This document shows, one piece after another, positions 25,392 through 34,146 of a stretch of DNA of 64,000 nucleotides. A program made the translations under genes and the position numbers. Below the pieces are notes generated by a model. That model was given only the letters and a program-made list of their open reading frames with translations. It was not told the DNA's origin and searched no databases. Numbering within the stretch: the stretch's first letter is position 1; every line of letters starts with the position of its first letter. Origin of the DNA: Actinomycetes bacterium (GTDB lineage Bacteria > Actinomycetota > CALGFH01); assembly GCA_036000965.1 (NCBI GenBank), contig DASYUT010000078.1, forward strand, positions 8,837 to 72,836, in the 5' to 3' direction.

Positions 25392-28136
25392 ATGACCACC
25401 AACCCGATCGAGCTGGCGCGCGGTCGCCGGTCAGAGTCGCGCGACGAGATGCCCGAGCCCCTCCGGCGGGACGTGGGGCTGCTCGGCCGCCTGCTCGGGC
25501 GCGTCCTCGAAGAGGCGGGCGGCCCCGGCTTGCTGGCCGACGTCGAGGCGCTGCGCCGGGCCACGATCGCGCTGCGGGTGGCCGGGGACGCCACCGAGAC
25601 GCGCCGGGACCGCCAGCGCGTGGTCGACCTGGTCGCCGGCTTCGACCTGGCCCGGGCCGAGTCGGTGGCGCGCGCCTTCACGGTCTACTTCCAGCTGGTG
25701 AACCTGGCCGAGGAGCGGCAGCGCGTCCGCACCCTGCGCGAGCGCAGCCGGGGAGCCGGCGCGGTGTCGGAGTCGTTTGCGGCCGCGGTCGAGGAGGTCC
25801 GCGCCGCCGAGGGCGAGGAGGGGCTGGCGGCGCTGCTCGACCGGCTCGAGGTGGCGCCCGTGCTGACCGCCCACCCGACCGAGGCGCGGCGCCGGGCCGT
25901 GGTGGATGCCCTGCTGCGGATCGGTACCCAGGTCGACCGGCTGGACGACCCGAGGCTGTCAGCCTCCGAGCTGGCCGACGTGGAGCGCCGGCTGCTCGAG
26001 GAGATCACCATCCTGTGGCGCACCGACCAGCTCCGGCGCGAACCGCCAACCCCGCTCGACGAGGTGCGCACGGTGATGGCGGTGTTCGACCAGACACTGT
26101 TCCGCCTGGTGCCCGCCGTGTACCGGGAGCTGGAGCGGGCGCTGGCCGGGGACGCGACCGGCACCGGCCCGCCCGCCTTCCGCCCCTTCCTGCGCTGGGG
26201 GAGCTGGGTCGGCGGCGACCGGGACGGCAACCCCAACGTCACCGCCGAGGTGACCAGCGCGGTCATGGCCGTCCAGGCCGACCACGTCCTGCGCGGCCTC
26301 GAAGCGGTGGCGCGCCGCGTCGGCCGCTCGCTCACCGTCGCGGCCGGGTCGACCCCTGCGTCGGCGGAGCTGGCCGCCTCCCTCGCCCGCGACGAGGCCG
26401 CCTTCCCGGAGCTGGCCGCGGCCGCCCGCGAGCGCTCGCCGGAGGAGCCGCACCGGCGCAAGCTCCTGCTGGTGGCCGAGCGGCTGGCCGCGACCCGGCT
26501 CGCGCTCGCCGGGGAGCGCGCCGCCGGCGGCTACCCGGACCCGGGCCACCTCCTCGCCGACCTGCGCCGCGTCCAGGGCTCGCTGGCCGCAGCCGGCGCC
26601 CGTCGGCTCGCCTTCGGCGAGCTCCAGCACCTGGTCTGGCAGGCGGAGACGTTCGGGTTCCACCTGGCCGCCCTGGAGGTCCGCCAGCACGCGTCGGTGC
26701 ACGCCGAGGTGCTCGAAGGGCTCCTTCCCGGCTCGAGCGGCGACCCGGTCCTGCTCGACCAGCTCGCCACCGGGGACTGGCCGGCAGGCAGGCCGGCCGG
26801 TTCCCCGGCGGCCGCCGAGACGCTCGCCACGCTGCGGGCGGTCGCCGCGATCCAGGCCCGCTACGGCGCCGACGCCTGCCGGCGCTACGTGGTCAGCTTC
26901 AGCCGGTCAGCCGCCGACCTGGTGGCGGTGCGCGCCCTTGCCCGGCTGGCGGTCCCCGACGGGTCGCTCGAGCTCGACGTCGTCCCGCTGTTCGAGTCCC
27001 GCGCCGACCTGGAGGCGGCCCCCTCGGTGCTGGACGCCTGGGTCGCGCTGCCGGGGACCTCGGCGTGGTTGGAGGGCCGGGACCGGCGCCTCGAGGTCAT
27101 GCTCGGCTACTCCGACTCGGCCAAGGACGCCGGCTTCCTCGCCGCCAACCTGGCCCTGTACCAGGCCCAGGCCGCGCTCACGGCGTGGGCGGCCCGGAAC
27201 CGGGTCGATCTCACCCTGTTCCACGGCCGGGGCGGGGCGCTCGGACGCGGCGGCGGCCCGGCCAGCCGGGCCGTGCGCGGGCAGGCGCCGGGGTCGGTGG
27301 CCGGACGGTTCAAGGTCACCGAGCAGGGCGAGGTGATCTTCGCCCGCTACGGCACCCCGGCGATCGGGCGCCGCCACCTCGAGCAGGTGACCAACGCGGT
27401 CATGGTCGCCTCGACCCCGCGGGCCGAGGCGGCGCTGCGCGAGCGCGAGGAGCGCTTCGCCCCGGCGGCGGCGCGCATGGCCCGCGCGGCCGAGGCGGCA
27501 TACCGGGACCTGGTCGAACGGGAGGGCTTCGCGGAGTTCTTCGCCAGGGTCAGCCCGGTCGAGGAGCTGAGCGGCCTGCGCATCGGCTCGCGCCCGGCCC
27601 GGCGCGACGCCCGGCGCGACCTCGCGTCGCTGCGCGCGATCCCGTGGGCGTTCGCCTGGAGCCAGAACCGCTGCAACCTGCCCGGCTGGTACGGCCTGGG
27701 CGCGGGCCTGGACGCGGTCGCCGCCGAGCCGGGCGGCCCGGAGACGCTCGCCGCGATGTATGCCGGCTGGCCGTTCTTCACCTCGCTGATCGAGAACGCC
27801 GAGATGAGCCTGGCCAAGGCCGACCCGCTGATCGCCGAGCTGTACCTCGCGCTCGGGGAGCGTCCCGACCTGGCCGCCGCGATCCGCCAGGAGCTCCAGC
27901 GCACCCGCGCGCTGGTCGCGCGGGTCACCGGTCACGACCGCCTGCTCGGCAACCGGCCGGTGCTGCGCCGCGCCGTGGACCTGCGCAACCCCTACGTCGA
28001 TGCGCTCTCGTTCATCCAGGTTCGCTTCCTGGCCGAGCTGCGCGCGGGCCCGGCGCCCGCCGACCGTGACCGGATCGCGAGTCTGGTCCTGCTCACGGTG
28101 AACGGCGTTGCGGCCGGGCTGCAGAACACGGGTTGA
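25392..28136 (+). CDS. ppc: Phosphoenolpyruvate carboxylase
   Basis: VLTAHPTEARRR, GYSDSAKDAG, FHGRGGALGRGGGP, C-terminal AAGLQNTG. 914 aa. Confidence 0.97.
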   Translation: MTTNPIELARGRRSESRDEMPEPLRRDVGLLGRLLGRVLEEAGGPGLLADVEALRRATIALRVAGDATETRRDRQRVVDLVAGFDLARAESVARAFTVYFQLVNLAEERQRVRTLRERSRGAGAVSESFAAAVEEVRAAEGEEGLAALLDRLEVAPVLTAHPTEARRRAVVDALLRIGTQVDRLDDPRLSASELADVERRLLEEITILWRTDQLRREPPTPLDEVRTVMAVFDQTLFRLVPAVYRELERALAGDATGTGPPAFRPFLRWGSWVGGDRDGNPNVTAEVTSAVMAVQADHVLRGLEAVARRVGRSLTVAAGSTPASAELAASLARDEAAFPELAAAARERSPEEPHRRKLLLVAERLAATRLALAGERAAGGYPDPGHLLADLRRVQGSLAAAGARRLAFGELQHLVWQAETFGFHLAALEVRQHASVHAEVLEGLLPGSSGDPVLLDQLATGDWPAGRPAGSPAAAETLATLRAVAAIQARYGADACRRYVVSFSRSAADLVAVRALARLAVPDGSLELDVVPLFESRADLEAAPSVLDAWVALPGTSAWLEGRDRRLEVMLGYSDSAKDAGFLAANLALYQAQAALTAWAARNRVDLTLFHGRGGALGRGGGPASRAVRGQAPGSVAGRFKVTEQGEVIFARYGTPAIGRRHLEQVTNAVMVASTPRAEAALREREERFAPAAARMARAAEAAYRDLVEREGFAEFFARVSPVEELSGLRIGSRPARRDARRDLASLRAIPWAFAWSQNRCNLPGWYGLGAGLDAVAAEPGGPETLAAMYAGWPFFTSLIENAEMSLAKADPLIAELYLALGERPDLAAAIRQELQRTRALVARVTGHDRLLGNRPVLRRAVDLRNPYVDALSFIQVRFLAELRAGPAPADRDRIASLVLLTVNGVAAGLQNTG

Positions 28137-28801
28137 CCGGCACGACTGCCGCCGCCCCTGCCTGACCTGATCCCACCGCATTTTCCATAGCCCTGCTCGG
28201 CAGATATACGTATAAAAAGATCGCGAGCGTTCGGGACGGGTTTTGCCCCCCATCCAGCCGCACGCTCGCACAATGCCCACTGTCCTTGCGATTTGCATTT
28301 TCATATCGTTTTGGGCAAAGCTTGGCGTACGCCAACGGAAGTCTCCCCCCCCCGGGCGGTCCTCCCAGTCGCCTGGAGACCGAAGGAGGCGTATGAGCTG
28401 CACCGTGTCCTCCCAGGTGCGGAGTCACCCGGCGCTGCACGCTATATTTCGGTCCGCCGCTCCCCCCGGCGGCGGACCGAAATGGCGACCACGGGAGCGC
28501 AACATCGGAAAGGGAATCAGCAACATGACGTACGGATCGACGGCGACCAACCGGTCCGAATCGACCACCTGGTCGTAGCGGGCCGGGGCGGCCCGGCGCC
28601 CGGTGTGATGTCCCGGCGTCGGTCGCCAGACCACGAGCCGCCCAGGCTCGCGGCTCTCCGGCTTCCCCTGGAAGAGGCGGCGCGTCACGGCCGCCTCTTC
28701 CTCGTTGCCGGGAAGCCAGCCGGCCGGTCAAGCATCCCGTTTCGGGGGGATTGCGTGGTCGCCGGGGTCGCCACTAGGTCCACGACCGGACCGCCGGTAG
28801 C

Positions 28802-30154
28802 ATGCCGGTGATCGGTCGGGACGAGGAGGTCGCGATGGCGCAGCTGTGGAAGGGCGAGACCGAAAAGGCGATCCGGAACTTCCCCATCTCCGGCGAGCGC
28901 GTCCCCATCCAGGTCATCCACATGCTCGCCCGGGTCAAGGCCGAGGCGGCCCGGGTCAACGCCGAGCTGGGCGCGCTCGACGCCGCGCGGGCCGAGCGGA
29001 TCGCCGCCGCCGCCGAGTCGGTCGCAGGCGGCGAGCACGACGACCAGTTCCCGGTCGACGTGTTCCAGACAGGCTCAGGCACCTCGACCAACATGAACGT
29101 CAACGAGGTGGTGGCCAGCTTGGCCGGCGAGGACGTGCATCCCAACGACCACGTCAACCTGGGCCAGTCGTCCAACGACACCTTCCCGACCGCCGTGCAC
29201 CTGGCCGCGCTCCACGCCGCCCGCAACGACCTCCTGCCCGCCCTGCGCACCCTGCAGCGGTCGCTCGAGCGCAAGGCAGCCGAGCTGGCCGGCGTGGTCA
29301 AGCCCGGGCGCACCCACCTGATGGACGCCGTCCCGGTCACCCTCGGCCAGGAGCTGGCCGGGTATGCCGCCCAGATCAGCGAGGGCGCCGCCCGGGTCGA
29401 GGACGCGCTGCCCCGGGTCGGCAAGCTGCCTCTGGGCGGCACGGCCGTCGGCACCGGCCTGAACGCCCATCCAGAGTTCGCCGCCCGCGTCCGCGACCGC
29501 GTGGCTGCCGTGCTGGACCTGCGGCTCGCGCCCCCGGCCCACCCGTTCGAGGCCCAGGGCGCCCGTGACGCGCTCGTCGAGCTGAGCGGAGCGCTCAAGA
29601 CGGTCGCGGTCAGCTGCACCAAGATCGCCAACGACATCCGCTGGATGGGCTCGGGACCCCGGGCCGGGCTGGGCGAGCTGTTCCTGCCCGAGCTGCAGAA
29701 GGGCTCCTCGATCATGCCGGGCAAGGTGAACCCGGTCCTCTGCGAGGTCCTGACCCAGGTGTCGGCCCAGGTGATCGGGAACGACGCCGCGATCACCGTC
29801 GGCGGGCTGTCCGGGGCCTTCGAGCTCAACGTCTACGTCCCGCTCATGGCCCGGAACCTGCTCCAGTCGATCACCTACCTGGCCACCGCCTGCCGGGAGT
29901 TCGCCACCAGGTGCATCGACGGCATCGAGGCCAACCGGGAACGCACCCAGGAGCTGGTCGAGTCCACCCTGGTCCCCGTGACCGCCCTGAACCCGGTGGT
30001 GGGCTACGACGAGGCGGCCGCGATCGCCAAGGAGGCGGCCGCCTCGGGCCGGTCTCTGCGCGAGGTCGCGCTCACCCGCGGCGTCGACGAGCAGACCCTG
30101 GACAAGGCCCTGGACCTGCGGGCCATGGCCCGCGGGAACGGCTTCGCCGGCTAG
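28802..30154 (+). CDS. fumC: Class II fumarate hydratase (aspartase/fumarase superfamily)
   Basis: GSSIMPGKVNPVLCE signature, GQSSNDTFPTA, TNMNVNEV. The N-terminus is short and divergent (KGETEK where GAQTQR is usual). Confidence 0.88.
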   Translation: MPVIGRDEEVAMAQLWKGETEKAIRNFPISGERVPIQVIHMLARVKAEAARVNAELGALDAARAERIAAAAESVAGGEHDDQFPVDVFQTGSGTSTNMNVNEVVASLAGEDVHPNDHVNLGQSSNDTFPTAVHLAALHAARNDLLPALRTLQRSLERKAAELAGVVKPGRTHLMDAVPVTLGQELAGYAAQISEGAARVEDALPRVGKLPLGGTAVGTGLNAHPEFAARVRDRVAAVLDLRLAPPAHPFEAQGARDALVELSGALKTVAVSCTKIANDIRWMGSGPRAGLGELFLPELQKGSSIMPGKVNPVLCEVLTQVSAQVIGNDAAITVGGLSGAFELNVYVPLMARNLLQSITYLATACREFATRCIDGIEANRERTQELVESTLVPVTALNPVVGYDEAAAIAKEAAASGRSLREVALTRGVDEQTLDKALDLRAMARGNGFAG

Positions 30155-30189
30155 GGTGTGGCCGCTGGATGTCGCCGGCAGCTCATCAG

Positions 30190-30470
30190 CCGGCGATCCT
30201 CGGTCGAGGTGGGGGAACTCGCTCTGGCGTGGTGTGCCCGACCGGCGGTCCTCTGTCGATGTGGGGGGGAGCTCGCTCCCCCCACGGCCCCCCAACGGCG
30301 CCTGTGCCATGGCCCGGGGGATCCCGAAGGGCGCCGATGCCGTGGCCGGGTGGATCCCGCCGCCACGGCCCCCCAAGAGCGCCTGTGCCATGGCCCGAGG
30401 GATCCCCAGAGCGGGCAAGGTGCGGCCATGGAGATCCCGGGCAGGGTGCGGCCATGGAGATCCTGGTCAC
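30190..30470. repeat. Cluster of intergenic repeats: two 44-bp copies CCACGGCCCCCCAA..GCGCCTGTGCCATGGCCCG.GGGATCCC (30282-30325, 30363-30406), two copies GGTGCGGCCATGGAGATCC (30419-30437, 30445-30463), and a ~50-bp-spaced pair at ~30193/30243
   Basis: Seen directly in the convergent gap between fumC and the peptidase-like gene. Each unit has a CCATGG-centred palindromic core. Confidence 0.85.
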
Positions 30471-30507
30471 CGGGCCGCTGCCCGGAGCCCGGCACGCGCC
30501 CAACCGC

Positions 30508-31161
30508 TCAGGCGCCGACCTTGGTCCTGATGGCCGCGGCGGCCCTGTTGATGTTTCGCAGGTTGTGGGGGTGCGAGCCACCGTCGTTGGTGCCGGGGTC
30601 CCCCTCGATCATGATGCTCAGGGCGTTCTGGAGCTCCTCGCGGAGGACCTCGCGCACCGCCGTCTTGAGCTCGTCCTTGGTTGCCATCTCATCCCAACCT
30701 TTCCGCACGACGGGGTCGACTGAGCCGATGAGGACGGTCGCCGGTGGGCCGCCGAGCCAGGACCCGGTGTCGGTCTCCGCCGCGCGCGAGTGCATGATCG
30801 AAACGTGCAGGTGGTGGTTGTGCGGGTTCTGGCCGTTGTACCTGCGCCATCGCCATGGGCTCGGCCCGCCGCTCCCGCTCATGATGCGACGGTTCCAGAT
30901 GACGTAGGAGACCCGCGGGTCGTGGCTTGCCTGGAGCTTCCCGGCCAGCCAGTTGCAGTCAAGCCCGCCGGCTGGGTCGTGGGTCAAGTCAACCGCCCGG
31001 ACCACCCCACCCGCGCCCCAGTCCGGGTTGTGATCGGACTTGCGGCGCTTGTGGCTGCTGTCGCCGACGGTGCCGTCGCTCTGCTTGCGGCGGCCGGGTG
31101 CGGCACGGTTGACCTCGGCGAACAGCGCGCGCAGGGAGGGAGCGAGGTACCAGTTCGCCAC
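30508..31161 (-). CDS. LAS/M15-like zinc peptidase domain protein (putative cell-wall hydrolase)
   Basis: GDSSHKRRKSDHNPD...AVDLTHD...NHHLHVS gives a His/Asp...HxH arrangement like VanY/M15 peptidases (recall). GTG start after GAGGAGGGA. Confidence 0.5.
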   Translation of the reverse strand: MANWYLAPSLRALFAEVNRAAPGRRKQSDGTVGDSSHKRRKSDHNPDWGAGGVVRAVDLTHDPAGGLDCNWLAGKLQASHDPRVSYVIWNRRIMSGSGGPSPWRWRRYNGQNPHNHHLHVSIMHSRAAETDTGSWLGGPPATVLIGSVDPVVRKGWDEMATKDELKTAVREVLREELQNALSIMIEGDPGTNDGGSHPHNLRNINRAAAAIRTKVGA

Positions 31162-31164
31162 GGC

Positions 31165-31311
31165 TCATCCCTCCTCGTCGGGAAGCTCCGCGCCAGCCTG
31201 CCCCTCGGGGTCGTCGTCCTCGGCCGCCCCCTTGGCGACCGGCTGCGGGTTGTCGTCCCGGTCGGTCTCGGTCGGCCCGTCGTAGGGGGTGATCCGGTCG
31301 TCGTCGGTCAT
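31165..31311 (-). CDS. 48-aa highly acidic peptide (MTDDDRITPYDGPTETDRDDNPQPVAKGAAEDDDPEGQAGAELPDEEG)
   Basis: Read by hand. GGAGG lies 9 nt upstream. Its stop is 3 nt before the GTG of the peptidase-like gene. Confidence 0.35.
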   Translation of the reverse strand: MTDDDRITPYDGPTETDRDDNPQPVAKGAAEDDDPEGQAGAELPDEEG

Positions 31312-31437
31312 GACATTCCCGCCTCCACCATGAGCGTTGAGCGTTCGTGGCTCTTGAGCGTCAGAGCAGGATGCAGCCCCGCGTGATACGCCGGTCTGCC
31401 CGTGATACGCCGATCTCTGCCGGAGCTGTGCCGCCTG

Positions 31438-32409
31438 CTACTCGCGGTTGCCGGAGCGGAACCAGGCGGTGGCCGGGGCGGCCCACTCGGCGTGGCGGCG
31501 GCGGAACACTTCGCTGGCCTCGACCCCGCGCCAGCCAGCTGGCAGGAACCGCTCGGGCAGGCCAGGATCCAGGAACGGGAACTTCCGCCACTCGTGGACC
31601 AGGCGGGTCTGGGCGACGAACGCGTCCTCGGCGCACGGGCCCAGCTGCCGGCGGCCGAACGCGTCGGCGAACGCCCCGTAGTGGCGCTCCAGCCGGTCGA
31701 GCCTGCCCCAGGCGCTCGCTACCAGCTCACGTTCCTCGCCGATGCTGCCGTGGCGGGCCACGAACGAGGCGGCCTGGACCCCGGGGCCGAGGTCCTCGAC
31801 GGCCAGCAGCGCCTCCCGCTCCCGCCCCAGGTGCGGGGTGATCCAGGTCCCCTGGCCCAGGGAGCCGAACCCGGCCCAGGCCAGCCGGGTCCGGACCCGG
31901 TGCCGGTCGTCGCGCCGGCCTTCGGGGACGCTCACCATCACCAGCAGCCAGCGGCCGTCCCAGTCGGTGGTGATGCCCTGGAAGCCGTAGATGCGCTCCC
32001 GGCCCCGGATCAGCAGGTCGCGGGTTGGCGGGGTGAGCAGCCAGCGGGTCCGGCGGCCGACCCGGTCCCGGGCCAGCCACCCCTCGGCGGCGCTGCGGGT
32101 GACCGCCTGGCGGGCGGCCGGGCCGCCCACGCCGAGGGCGGCCAGCCCGCGCAGCAGCGCCCCGGTCCAGACCGGCTCGCCCAGGTCGAGCATGTACTCC
32201 CCGAGGACGGTGAGCAGCAGCGAGCGGGCGGCCGGCTCCCCGACCGACCGCCGCCGCAACAGGGGGTCCGGGGGGCTCAGGCCTGGCCTCCCGGTGGGAT
32301 CGGGGGGTCCGGGGGGCCCAAGGCTGGCCCTCCGGAGGGACCGGGGGTCTGGGGGGGCCAGCTCGCGCCTTGCCGCAGGGTCCGGGGCCTTCCGGTCGGG
32401 TTCATGCAT
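31438..32409 (-). CDS. paaX: PaaX family transcriptional regulator
   Basis: ..LLLTVLGEYML..GEPVWTGALLRGLAALGV..ARQAVTRSAAEGWL...WDGRWLLVMVSVPE..R.RLAWAGFG.L..G.WI.PH. The N-terminal Pro-rich extension and the start are uncertain. Confidence 0.8.
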   Translation of the reverse strand: MHEPDRKAPDPAARRELAPPDPRSLRRASLGPPGPPDPTGRPGLSPPDPLLRRRSVGEPAARSLLLTVLGEYMLDLGEPVWTGALLRGLAALGVGGPAARQAVTRSAAEGWLARDRVGRRTRWLLTPPTRDLLIRGRERIYGFQGITTDWDGRWLLVMVSVPEGRRDDRHRVRTRLAWAGFGSLGQGTWITPHLGREREALLAVEDLGPGVQAASFVARHGSIGEERELVASAWGRLDRLERHYGAFADAFGRRQLGPCAEDAFVAQTRLVHEWRKFPFLDPGLPERFLPAGWRGVEASEVFRRRHAEWAAPATAWFRSGNRE

Positions 32410-33193
32410 CGGCGGTCCAGACCCGTTGCGGGTCGAGCCACCGGAGGGCGACGAGCGCCTGGGGAGTGGGTGGCTCGGTCTCGGGCACCGCGTCCGGGCC
32501 GGTCTCTGGCCAGGTCCAGGGCGTGGCCGCGACGACTCCGTCCCGGGTCTCCCCTGGGTGGACGGAGACGAGCTGGAACGCGCCGCTGTCTCCGGTCGCC
32601 CGCAGCACCGCCCGGGTCGTGATCAGGGTCACCGACTCGCAAGCCGGCAGGCCGACCCGCTCCCGCCAGCCCGGCCCGTCGCCGTAGCCGGGGCTGGTCA
32701 GGTGGTCCACCCGAGCGACGAAGCGCCTGGGCTCGTGGGCCATGACCACGAGCAGGCGCCGGGCCGCCGAAGCGATGTCACAGCCGCCGCCGCTGCCGGG
32801 CAGCCGCAGGCAGGGAGTCGCGCCGCCCGAGGACCCGGCCGGGCCGATCCTGGTCGTGTTCAGGTTGGCGTGCCGGTCGATCTGGGCGCCGCCGATGAAG
32901 CCGGCGTCGACCCGGCCGGCGGCCAGCCACACCATCACGGTCCGCATCGGGCCCGTCCACAGCGCTCCGTCGAGGTTGGCAGGGTCGCTCATGGTGACCA
33001 CCGTGCCCGTGGGCGGGGTGTCGCGCACCACTCCGTTCTCGAACAGCCCCAGCGCGCCGGGCGCGTGCGTGGCCTTGGCCAGCGCGAACGCGAGCAGCGG
33101 CAGCCGCATGCCGACGAAGACGACGTCGCCGTCGTGGAGCTCCCGGGCCGCGCAGGCGACCATCAGCTCCCGGGTCGTCCAGCGGTCAGGCAT
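32402..33193 (-). CDS. CoA-transferase subunit B (glutaconate/3-oxoacid CoA-transferase family)
   Basis: MPDRWTTRELMVACAARELHDGDVVFVGMRLP..GGAQIDRHANLN.. Start at ATG 33193 overlaps the corrected stop of subunit A (ATGCCTGA). Confidence 0.85.
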   Translation of the reverse strand: MPDRWTTRELMVACAARELHDGDVVFVGMRLPLLAFALAKATHAPGALGLFENGVVRDTPPTGTVVTMSDPANLDGALWTGPMRTVMVWLAAGRVDAGFIGGAQIDRHANLNTTRIGPAGSSGGATPCLRLPGSGGGCDIASAARRLLVVMAHEPRRFVARVDHLTSPGYGDGPGWRERVGLPACESVTLITTRAVLRATGDSGAFQLVSVHPGETRDGVVAATPWTWPETGPDAVPETEPPTPQALVALRWLDPQRVWTADA

Positions 33194-34146
33194 CGCCGCC
33201 CTCCTCGCGGAGCAGGGCCAGGTAGCCGCGCCGGTCACCGACGCCGAGCACCCAGCGCTCGAGCCAGGCCTGGAAGTCCTCCTCGGTCGCACTCGCCTGG
33301 GCGTAGGCCTCGGTAGGCGGCCGCGTCGTGCCCGCGAACGCCCTGCAGCGGGGCCGGGTGGGTCCCGCCCGGCTCGTGCACCACGGCCGTGACCAGGGCG
33401 CCGGGCACCAGGGTGTGCCAGGGCGCGGCGCGGATCGTGGCGGTGTCGACCAGCTCCTCGGCGACCACCACGACCGCCCGGGCTGCGCCGAGGGCCTCCA
33501 GGGTCACGCCGAGGTTGCCCCAGGCTTGGGCGTTGCCGTGCCGGTCGGCCCGCTGCACGTGCGCGACGGCCACGTCGGGGGCGACCGCGCGGACCGCGAG
33601 CAGCGGCGCCCCGGTGAACGGGCAGGCGATCGGCTGGAACCCGTCGTGGTCGCTGGCAATGGCCGAGCCGAGCGCGGTGCGGGTGGGCAGGAACCCGACC
33701 CCGGACGCCTGGGCCTGGAGCGCGAGCGAGATCGTCAGGTTGGTGTGTTGCCGGACGGTGAGCGGCGCCGGCCGCCCGTGCTCGACCGCGCGCCGGAAGC
33801 AGTAGCCGGAGCCGGTGGTCACGTTCCCGACCCAGGCGGCTTCCACCGTGGCCACGCAGCCGGCCCCGATGAGCTGGTCGAACACGGCGTCGGCGATCGG
33901 CCCGACCAGGTGCAGCCCGCGCCGGTCCTGGCGGATGACCTCGTGGGTGAAGGCGAACGGGATGGCCGCCTCCAGGGCAAGGCCACAGGCGAGCCGGGCA
34001 CCCGGGGACACCAGGCGGGCGACCGCCTCGCGCATGGTGACGAGCTTGCCCGCCGGTCCCCGGTCTGCCCCGTCGGGTCCCGGGTCTGCCCTGTCGGGTC
34101 CCGGCTCCGCCGCGTCGGGTCCCGGGTCTGCCCCGTCAGGGGGCAT
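33186..34146 (-). CDS. CoA-transferase subunit A, with an apparent 1-nt frameshift near 33,310 and an N-terminal GPDxADP heptad repeat
   Basis: KLVTMREAVARLVSPG..; ..VAHVQRADRHGNAQ.. The family-like C-terminus EAYAQASATEEDFQAWLERWVLGV.. is only readable in another frame from ~33,310 to TGA at 33186-33188. As written, the frame ends at 33235. Confidence 0.8.

Noticed and set aside
25277-28069. 930-aa plus ORF and the 498-aa minus ORF overlapping ppc
   Set aside because: Off-frame shadows of the unambiguous PEP carboxylase frame (25392-28136).
28293-28811. 172-aa plus ORF and 87-aa minus ORF in the ppc-fumC spacer (including a faint GNEE-like metallophosphoesterase hint on the minus strand)
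   Set aside because: Composition and sequence are not protein-like overall, and the motif match is too weak to call even a pseudogene.
28802-30154. Calling this gene aspartate ammonia-lyase instead of fumarase
   Set aside because: GSSIMPGKVNP with Gly and a following ..CE.. is closer to class II fumarases as I recall them. The N-terminus is atypical, so the assignment is not absolute.
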